Assembly: GCA_964461035.1 (NCBI GenBank)
Contig: CAYWRI010000001.1
Location: forward strand, 43,394 to 99,072
Source: an uncultured Methanosarcinales archaeon
GTDB lineage: Archaea > Nanobdellota > Nanobdellia > Woesearchaeales > CAYZNE01
Direction of reading: 5' to 3'
DNA length: 55,679 nucleotides
How positions within the stretch are numbered: position 1 is the first letter of the stretch; each line of letters begins with the position of its first letter. Below, in pieces: positions 38,836 to 46,734 of the stretch. The translations under genes were made by a program, and so were the position numbers. Under the pieces are notes generated by a model. It had not been told where the DNA came from, did no database searches, and saw only the letters and a list, made by a program, of their open reading frames with translations.

Positions 38836-39639
38836 ATGTTAAACTTATTTTTAATTAAATTATTTGTTGCAGTTGGAGTTGTTGTCGGACTATCAATTAT
38901 TGCAGAACATGTGAGTCCAAAAGTTGCAGGAATTTTATTGGGATATCCTACCGGTTCAGCAATAACATTATTCTTTTTCGGATTAGAACTAAGTCCTCAA
39001 TTTGCAGCAAACAGTGCCGTCTATAATATGATGGGATTAGTTGCAATGCAATCTTTCATATATTTTTACTATAAAACATCATCGTATTTCAAAAAATTCA
39101 ACATATTATTATCTTCTGTCATTTCAATAATTGGATATTTTATAGTAATATGGTTACTTCATTTCATTAAGTTAAACAAATTTATTGCAGTAATCATTCC
39201 AATCCTCTCCATGATATTATTCATATATCTCTTTAAAGAAATAAAAAATGTAAAAATAAAAAATAAAATAAAATTAAACTATGTTGTTTTATTTATTAGA
39301 GCATTATTTGCAGCAGTGATTATACTGATAGTGATTGGTTCTGCCAAATTAGTTGGATCAACTTGGGCAGGATTATTTTCTGCATTTCCTACAACACTTT
39401 TTCCATTAATATTAATAGTACACTTTACTTATGACACTAAACACGTTCATACAATCATAAAAAATGTTCCAATAGGAATAGGATCATTAATTTTCTATTC
39501 TTTAACAATATCTATTGTCTATCCATTACTAGGAATTTATATTGGAACTATAATTTCATTTATTGTTGCAACTGCATACATGTTTATATTCAAATTTGTT
39601 CAAAACAGATTTAAAAAGAATGTTCCTCTTTCTTCTTAA
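38836..39639 (+). CDS. multi-pass membrane protein with two internally repeated halves
   Basis: About 8 hydrophobic helices; AGILLGYPTGS and AGLFSAFPTTL repeats. Confidence 0.65.
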   Translation: MLNLFLIKLFVAVGVVVGLSIIAEHVSPKVAGILLGYPTGSAITLFFFGLELSPQFAANSAVYNMMGLVAMQSFIYFYYKTSSYFKKFNILLSSVISIIGYFIVIWLLHFIKLNKFIAVIIPILSMILFIYLFKEIKNVKIKNKIKLNYVVLFIRALFAAVIILIVIGSAKLVGSTWAGLFSAFPTTLFPLILIVHFTYDTKHVHTIIKNVPIGIGSLIFYSLTISIVYPLLGIYIGTIISFIVATAYMFIFKFVQNRFKKNVPLSS

Positions 39640-39679
39640 ACTAAAATGTTGTGCTTAATCGAGAATGAATTCTAAAAAA
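39638..39679 (+). repeat. 42-bp direct repeat, copy A
   Basis: AAACTAAAATGTTGTGCTTAATCGAGAATGAATTCTAAAAAA; 4 mismatches to copy B. Confidence 0.8.
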
Positions 39680-39710
39680 GGATTTATAATAAAAAGGGTT
39701 GAAGCTAAAC

Positions 39711-40559
39711 TTATGCTCTTGACTTCTCAAAATGATTGGGTAACATTATTGGTACACAAAACGTTGCTAATAAATGAAAAGAACTTACATATTTTTTAAC
39801 ATTCTCATAATTTCCTGCAAATATGTTTCTTCGTATTGAATCAACAATTTCACTGGGTGTTTGACCTTCAACAGGTGAAATTATTCTTGATGTTCCCATA
39901 TATTGTAAATATCTTTTTGTTCTTGCGTGTAAATCTGTATCTGCAATTAGGGGCACATTATATCCTTGTTTTTTCAATGAATTAGATAACTTTTCTACTC
40001 TTTTATTAACATCATGATATTTTATGTTAAATCCGACAGCATTTAATCCATATTTTAATACTTGTCTCATCCACGGAATACAATAGCTATTCCATTCTAA
40101 AGTGACCTGTCCAGAATATTCTTTACATATTTTTTCTAATTCTAATGTTAATTCATCTGAAATATGCCCTGCCGTTTTTGTTTTTCCATTATCAATAAAC
40201 GGATGATCTAATAAGATTAATGCCTCATTTGATAATCCTTCATCAATAATTCTTCTTATTTCTGTATTTGGACTGGCTGAATCCATTGAATAACCAATTG
40301 TTAATATGTGAAGATTTTCTCGCGTATTATATTCTCGAGCATTTAACAAATACTTTCCATTAGGTAATATTATTCCAGATTTATCAGTTACCGCAGTTGG
40401 ATAAGCTTTTTTTGCTTCTTCTACAATAAATGGAAATAAAGAATCATTTAAGGATTCCATTGCAAGAATATCTAATCCTTGATTGTCCATAGCTTGCACT
40501 ACATCAGTTATAGTATTTTTTCCTAAAAATGGATGAACCTGCAATTCTATATTTGTCAT
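39711..40559 (-). CDS. PHP-like metal-dependent phosphoesterase (tentative)
   Basis: N-terminal LQVHPF, central LDHPF, EWNSY and IADTDLH resemble PHP metal ligands. Confidence 0.55.
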   Translation of the reverse strand: MTNIELQVHPFLGKNTITDVVQAMDNQGLDILAMESLNDSLFPFIVEEAKKAYPTAVTDKSGIILPNGKYLLNAREYNTRENLHILTIGYSMDSASPNTEIRRIIDEGLSNEALILLDHPFIDNGKTKTAGHISDELTLELEKICKEYSGQVTLEWNSYCIPWMRQVLKYGLNAVGFNIKYHDVNKRVEKLSNSLKKQGYNVPLIADTDLHARTKRYLQYMGTSRIISPVEGQTPSEIVDSIRRNIFAGNYENVKKYVSSFHLLATFCVPIMLPNHFEKSRA

Positions 40560-40560
40560 T

Positions 40561-41226
40561 TTAATCTCTCACAGATTTCCAATTCATTTTCAATCCGTAA
40601 TATCCTAACATTCCTAATAGTGTTGTTTTAAGATAACCTTCTTTTTGATATCTTCGTGGAGATGTTTCTACAAATGAGTCTTTATCAAAGAATAATTTTC
40701 CAGATTGATTTAACTTTCTTTGAAAAAATAATTCATCACCTAATTCAATTACATCTGACCAACCATCAGTCTTATCATAAATTTCTCTTGAACAAAAAAC
40801 ATAAGGTGTGTATAGTGGTGCAATGAACCTTGCCCAGTTATTCAATATTGATGTTTGAATTTTTGCAGCAAATATATCTTCCGGGGCTCGTATTATACAT
40901 CGCCCTCCAACAAAACCCTCAGTCATGTATTTTACAGCATTTTTAATTCCATTAACACTTAATGAAGAATCTCCATCGAGAAATGCAAGATATTCGCTAT
41001 CTGAATTGTTTGCTCCATAATTTCTTACTGAACCACGATTATGTGAATCTGAAAATTGTAAAACCTTATCTGCTTCTGAGCAAAAAGTCAGAGTAGAATC
41101 TGTACTTCCATTATTAACAATAATAATTTCAAGATCCTTGAACGATTGGGATTTTAATGAAGCTATCGCTTTTGCTATATTTTTCTCTTCATTAAATGTG
41201 GGTATAATTACACTTACTCGGGGCAT
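40561..41226 (-). CDS. glycosyltransferase family 2
   Basis: VSVIIPTFNEE, IIVNNGSTDST, RNYGA, AFLDGDS, TSPRRY. Confidence 0.92.
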   Translation of the reverse strand: MPRVSVIIPTFNEEKNIAKAIASLKSQSFKDLEIIIVNNGSTDSTLTFCSEADKVLQFSDSHNRGSVRNYGANNSDSEYLAFLDGDSSLSVNGIKNAVKYMTEGFVGGRCIIRAPEDIFAAKIQTSILNNWARFIAPLYTPYVFCSREIYDKTDGWSDVIELGDELFFQRKLNQSGKLFFDKDSFVETSPRRYQKEGYLKTTLLGMLGYYGLKMNWKSVRD

Positions 41227-41315
41227 ATTTCACAGTAAATAGTTAGAATTTATAAACATTTTTATTTCATACCACTATAAAGTAATTAATGAATTCTTTA
41301 GTTCCGAACTTTTTC

Positions 41316-41357
41316 AAACTAAAATGTTGTGCTCAATCAAGAATGAGTCCTAAAAAA
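41316..41357 (+). repeat. 42-bp direct repeat, copy B
   Basis: AAACTAAAATGTTGTGCTCAATCAAGAATGAGTCCTAAAAAA. Confidence 0.8.
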
Positions 41358-41427
41358 ATAGAAAGGAGAAAATTCTTTATTACATAATAAAATAATTTAT
41401 ATACTAAATAGTCCCTTTTGACTATTA

Positions 41428-42618
41428 ATGTATGTCAAAGATAATGTTTGGAAATTTGGAATATATTCATTTATTGATCATATTAGATTAATTTGGATGA
41501 TTACTACTTTGTATCTTTTATGGTTGAGTTTTTCATTTACAAATATTGGAATCCATGAAACAATTTTTGCATTAGTTATTGTTCTTTTTGAACTACCTGC
41601 GGGTGCATTAGCTGATTTAATTGGTAAGAAAAAAGTAATTATTATTTCATGTGTTTTGAACGCTATTGGTTTTACAGCAATTGGTTTAATGAATCTGCCA
41701 ACACAATATTATATGATTGCACTAATTATGGGTATTGCTTTCTCATTTGTATCTGGTGCAGATGTTGCTTTATTATATGATTCTGTCAAAAAGATAAATC
41801 GAACAAAAGATTATAAAAAAATTAGGGGAAAAATCAACACGTTTAATCAAGTTGCTTCAGTAATTGGAGTTTTTTTAGGACCTTTTTTATATACAATTAA
41901 TCCGCGATTAGGATTTTTGGTCACAGGAATCGTATATCTTTTTGCAGCAATGGTCATGAGTACAACTGTAGAACCATATAAAACACACGAGAAAGCAACT
42001 TTCAAAACACACTGGAAAAAAACAATAACTGGATTTAAATTTGCTACAAAACATAAAAGAATCATGTGGTTAATTGCTTTTTTCTTTTTATCAACTATTG
42101 GAATAGAATTTTTCTTTGATTTTTGGCAACAACCACTTTTAGTAAATAATGGATTCAATGTTAAATTTTTTGGAATTATATTTGCATTCATGATGGGAAT
42201 CAGAGCATTAATTTCCTGGTTCACATATAAAATAGAAAATAAACTTAAAGAAACTGGCTCTTTACTGTTAATTTTATTATCTCAAGTAATTATTTTTATT
42301 GTATTTGGACTAAATAATCCAATCACTTTACTAATTTCTTTTGGAGCTTTTTATGCAGTTATGGCATTTCAAGAAATAATCTTTGAAGATTATGTTAATA
42401 GCCACATATCTTCATCAAATAGGGCAACCGTTTTATCTGTAAAAAGTTTGATTTATAATTTAGTTGCTGCAGGATTATATGTTTCTTTAGGTATTTTCAT
42501 GGACTTATACTCAATTAATAAAGTATTAATTGGGGTGTCCGTATTTATTTTAATCGGGACAATAATATTATTCAGTTTTAAGAATGGATCAATAAAAAAT
42601 AACTCTTCAATAACTTAA
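41428..42618 (+). CDS. MFS transporter
   Basis: FELPAGALADLIGKKK, SGADVALLYDS, SNRATVLS; about 12 TM helices. Confidence 0.92.
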   Translation: MYVKDNVWKFGIYSFIDHIRLIWMITTLYLLWLSFSFTNIGIHETIFALVIVLFELPAGALADLIGKKKVIIISCVLNAIGFTAIGLMNLPTQYYMIALIMGIAFSFVSGADVALLYDSVKKINRTKDYKKIRGKINTFNQVASVIGVFLGPFLYTINPRLGFLVTGIVYLFAAMVMSTTVEPYKTHEKATFKTHWKKTITGFKFATKHKRIMWLIAFFFLSTIGIEFFFDFWQQPLLVNNGFNVKFFGIIFAFMMGIRALISWFTYKIENKLKETGSLLLILLSQVIIFIVFGLNNPITLLISFGAFYAVMAFQEIIFEDYVNSHISSSNRATVLSVKSLIYNLVAAGLYVSLGIFMDLYSINKVLIGVSVFILIGTIILFSFKNGSIKNNSSIT

Positions 42619-42794
42619 CGAGAATTTCACAATTAATGCCCTTTCTTGATTAATCCAGATATTAGTTTCAATTTTTTGAAATACTTAATTTTTAAAAAGA
42701 GGCAAAACTTTATAAAATATATATGTATTTCTTTAAACAAAGAGGTGACTAGTTAATCGCTTCAAGATTTCTTGGGGATTTAGGAGGAGTAAAA

Positions 42795-43169
42795 ATGAAT
42801 AGAAAACTTTCACCAGAACAAAAACAATATCTTCACGAAAGAGGATTTGAAATCATTGAAGGACAACCACGTGAAGATGAACCTTTTCCTTATGTTACTT
42901 TAGACAAATTTGACGCAGAGTTTAAAAAACCAGATATATCCTATAATAAAACAAGTTCGTTCTCATGTGAAATAACAATAGGTAGTGTGCTTCACCCTTT
43001 AAATGAGCATGAAGATGAATTAGTTGAAATAATTGAAAGTGCAGTTGGAAGCGATATGATCTTGGATGGAAAACTTTTTTATACTATGCCTGGTAATCCT
43101 ATCAAAGTTTATGTAATTAATTCTTCGTGGAATACTACTGCTCAAAAACTGGCTGCAAAATATAAGTAA
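42795..43169 (+). CDS. hypothetical protein (124 aa)
   Basis: Strong AGGAGG SD upstream; no family recognised. Confidence 0.55.
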   Translation: MNRKLSPEQKQYLHERGFEIIEGQPREDEPFPYVTLDKFDAEFKKPDISYNKTSSFSCEITIGSVLHPLNEHEDELVEIIESAVGSDMILDGKLFYTMPGNPIKVYVINSSWNTTAQKLAAKYK

Positions 43170-43333
43170 AACTTTTACTCAGGTTATTCTTTCATTTTAC
43201 ATATTATATTCACTCATTTGATGATTGCTAAACCACAGATTGAAGAATTAAAGCAATATTTCTATCATTTAGAACATAAATATTAATTAACTTTTTAAAT
43301 GATGGAATTAAAAGTTTAGAAAAGGGGTGAGTA

Positions 43334-44140
43334 ATGGATTTTGAAATAAAAAAGAACCCTCTGCTTAAAAAAAAGGAAAAAGAGTATGAGCAGAGAGAAG
43401 TGGATATAGCATTACATTTTTCTAAAGAGATGTTAAATGAATTTAAAGGTTTCATCAAATCCATTGTTCTATTTGGCAGTACTGCTAGAAGAAATAAGAA
43501 AAAAGGAGATATTGACATTCTTGTTATTATAGATGATATATCTATTGAATTTAATAAAGCAATCGTTCAAGGTTATAGAATATTAACTGAAAAAATAGTT
43601 GATAAAACATCTCACGAATTACATATAACTTCAATGCGTTTAACTAATTATTGGGAATATGTTAGAGCAGGAGATCCAATAGCAGTAAATATTTTAAGAG
43701 AAGGAATTGCAATAATGGATACGGGGATTTTCAATCCTATGAAAGTTCTTCTTTATCAAGGCCGAATAAAACCAAGTCAAGAGTCAATTTTAAATTATAT
43801 TTCTCGTTCAGAATTTCAATTTGATAGTGCTAAACGTCATATTTTAGCTGCTTGTATTGATTTATATTGGGGGGTTGTAGATGCTGCAGAATCTGCTTTA
43901 ATGAAAGTTAATGATATACCTCCAGGACCTGCGCACATTCATCATTTATTTGAAAAAAGATTTGTTAATACTGGAAAATTATCTAGAAAGTATAGTATTG
44001 TTCTACAAGAATTATATCATCTAAATAAGAGCATAACTCATCACGAAGTTACATTTATCAGTGGAGAACAATTCGATAAATATAAAATAATGGCTGAAGA
44101 CTTTATTTTCCAAATGCAAAAGATTGTCAATCAAGATTAA
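43334..44140 (+). CDS. minimal nucleotidyltransferase (MNT) domain fused to a HEPN-like domain
   Basis: LFGSTAR...GDIDILVIIDD; helical C-terminal domain YWGVVDAAESALM...LYHLNKSITH. Confidence 0.8.
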   Translation: MDFEIKKNPLLKKKEKEYEQREVDIALHFSKEMLNEFKGFIKSIVLFGSTARRNKKKGDIDILVIIDDISIEFNKAIVQGYRILTEKIVDKTSHELHITSMRLTNYWEYVRAGDPIAVNILREGIAIMDTGIFNPMKVLLYQGRIKPSQESILNYISRSEFQFDSAKRHILAACIDLYWGVVDAAESALMKVNDIPPGPAHIHHLFEKRFVNTGKLSRKYSIVLQELYHLNKSITHHEVTFISGEQFDKYKIMAEDFIFQMQKIVNQD

Positions 44141-44198
44141 TTCTTTGAATACCTTAAACAAACAAAAATTAATAAATGATGAAGCTTCTTTTTAGGTA

Positions 44199-46706
44199 AT
44201 GCGTCAAAAAAAGAGTTTTTTAAAGCAAAGTTTGAATATGATTTCAAGCACATTTAACAAAACAAAGGAATTTATTAAAAAAAGAAAAAAAGTTCTTATT
44301 ATAATCCTGGGTTCATTTATTTTATTTCTTATTCTTCTATTTATTCTAGGAATAAAAATTGGTTTTATGACTCAAACAGAATTAAATATCAGAATTAATC
44401 CGCTTCACGAAGTTATAAATGCTGAAGTAAACAAACCTGTTGAAGTCGAATTTAAAATAGAAAACAATAATTTTTGGATGTGCAACACACAATGCGAATT
44501 TACATTATACGATCCTTATACTCAAAAAATAATTCAACAAGAAAGTGAAGCTGTAAACTCAAATATTTTACTAAAAAAAACATATGTGATTAGTTCATCT
44601 GAAGCTGAGCGAGGTCAGAGATTATTTTATTTTGAAGCCAAATGTCGTAATATAAAATCAACACTTTGTCAAACAGAAGAAAAAGAATATTATTCTTCAT
44701 CTTTAATTACTGCTAATTATGAATATTCAAAAGAAACAAAAACAGAAATTGAAGCGCTTTTAACAGATTTAAACAAATTTATTTCAGGTTCTGAAAAATC
44801 TAATTCTCTTGCTAAAGATATAAATTTAATATTGAATAATATCAAAGGAAAAATTAATTACTCAACCGATATTTCTAATGAAGAAAAAATTATTTCTGAA
44901 AATCTTCAAAAAAATCAAATGATTCAAGACTTTTGGCAGAATAATTCTTATGATTCAATAAAAAATATTTTCAATACTGACAATACTTTAGAAATAACAA
45001 AGATATTTGAATCATTATCTATGAAAAAATCCCTGCTTCTTAGTAATATAGAAACTTATAATTTGCTAGTAGATAAAATGGATTTTCTTAATAATTTAGT
45101 AGATAAAGAAATTCTTAATGCAGAACAATTCTATAGATTATTTAATTTTGATGACAAAGTTGAAAATATAACGATTGTTAGGTTAAGATTGAATAATTTA
45201 AAATCTAATTTTTATAAAACAAATATTGAATCCATTCAAACATTATTAATTAATGCAGAATCTATTGAAACGTATGCAGTCAAAATTCTTAATCAATATA
45301 ACCAAGATTATGTTGAATATTTGACTGGATTAAAATTAGGAGAACATAAATTAATTCAAGAAAGATATAATTCTTTGCGTTTAGAAGCAAACATGTCTTT
45401 AGATTTAAATTATGAGAAAGACGAATGTGATGCAGTTGATTTAATCCTCAATAACTATATTACTACAAGAATTTTTGCAAATGAAAAAATAATTGAAAAT
45501 CTTGGTGTTGAATTTATTTGTGAAAACAATTGTTCAGAAGAAATATTAAATAATAACTCTATGAAAATACTTTCAGGTCTTAGAAATAGTATTAAGCTTG
45601 AAGATTATAATTTTGAATTTAATTCAACTGAAAATAAATATACTTTTAATAATACAGAAACAATTTATGATTCAAATGGATTAAGTTTTATTGATTATAT
45701 AAAAATGGTAAAAGTATATGAATCAGAGTTCAGTGATTTAAATTTCTTTTTGATGAATCTTTGTTTTCTTGATAATATACGAAGAATATCACAGACGAAA
45801 ATGAACAAAATAAATAACACATTTTCTTTTGATAATTATTTGAATTTACTGGCCAAATTAGAATATCCTGAAGAGAAATGTTGTATATTTAATTCTTGTC
45901 AAAAATGTGTGGATAAATCTGATAAATATCCTGTGATTTTGTTACACGGTCATAATTTTAATAAATATAACCCCATACAAAGTATTGTGAATTCTATGAC
46001 ATCTATTCAAAGAAAACTAAGTGTTGATGCACATTTTATTAATGGTGCCGAAGTCGATCTTGCAGATGTAAATGAATCTGAAATGTGGTCAAAAATGAAT
46101 GTGCCTCTTGCAATTAGAGCAAGTTATTATTATATATCTTATTATGATTTTGAAATATATTCAGTTTCAACCATGTCTGAAGAAAGTATAGAGAATTATG
46201 CAATAAGATTAAGAGAAATAATAAATCTTGTAAAACAAAAAACTGGTGCAGAAAAAGTAGATATTATTGCTCATTCAATGGGTGGACTTGTTGCTAGGTA
46301 TGAATTATTTTTATTTGATGATGAAGATGTTAATAAACTAATTCTAATTGGAACACCAAATAAAGGAATCATTGGAAAAGTTGAAGAACTATGTCCAACA
46401 TTTGGTGCTAAGAAAGAATGTGCAGATATGAATATTAATAGTATAATTCTAAAAAAACTTAATTCTGTAAGAAATATCCCTGAAAATACTAACGTGTTCA
46501 ACATATATGGAACAGGTTGCGATATGGATGGCGAAGATGGAGATGGAATTGTAATTGCTAAAAATGCACACTTAGATTTTGCAACAAATATAGAAATAAA
46601 AGGTCAATGCAATGATTTTCTTAATTTAGAAATGCATAATAATTTAATTAGGGTTAATGAATATCCTGAAGTATATGATGCAGTCATTGATATATTAGAG
46701 AATTAA
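44199..46706 (+). CDS. large membrane-anchored protein with a C-terminal alpha/beta hydrolase (lipase/PGAP1-like) domain
   Basis: N-terminal TM helix; PVILLHG, IAHSMGGL, IGTPNKG, GDGIV, MHNNL (Ser-Asp-His triad). Confidence 0.82.
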   Translation: MRQKKSFLKQSLNMISSTFNKTKEFIKKRKKVLIIILGSFILFLILLFILGIKIGFMTQTELNIRINPLHEVINAEVNKPVEVEFKIENNNFWMCNTQCEFTLYDPYTQKIIQQESEAVNSNILLKKTYVISSSEAERGQRLFYFEAKCRNIKSTLCQTEEKEYYSSSLITANYEYSKETKTEIEALLTDLNKFISGSEKSNSLAKDINLILNNIKGKINYSTDISNEEKIISENLQKNQMIQDFWQNNSYDSIKNIFNTDNTLEITKIFESLSMKKSLLLSNIETYNLLVDKMDFLNNLVDKEILNAEQFYRLFNFDDKVENITIVRLRLNNLKSNFYKTNIESIQTLLINAESIETYAVKILNQYNQDYVEYLTGLKLGEHKLIQERYNSLRLEANMSLDLNYEKDECDAVDLILNNYITTRIFANEKIIENLGVEFICENNCSEEILNNNSMKILSGLRNSIKLEDYNFEFNSTENKYTFNNTETIYDSNGLSFIDYIKMVKVYESEFSDLNFFLMNLCFLDNIRRISQTKMNKINNTFSFDNYLNLLAKLEYPEEKCCIFNSCQKCVDKSDKYPVILLHGHNFNKYNPIQSIVNSMTSIQRKLSVDAHFINGAEVDLADVNESEMWSKMNVPLAIRASYYYISYYDFEIYSVSTMSEESIENYAIRLREIINLVKQKTGAEKVDIIAHSMGGLVARYELFLFDDEDVNKLILIGTPNKGIIGKVEELCPTFGAKKECADMNINSIILKKLNSVRNIPENTNVFNIYGTGCDMDGEDGDGIVIAKNAHLDFATNIEIKGQCNDFLNLEMHNNLIRVNEYPEVYDAVIDILEN

Positions 46707-46734
46707 AAAAGAAAGGAATAAAAAATTCAAAAAA

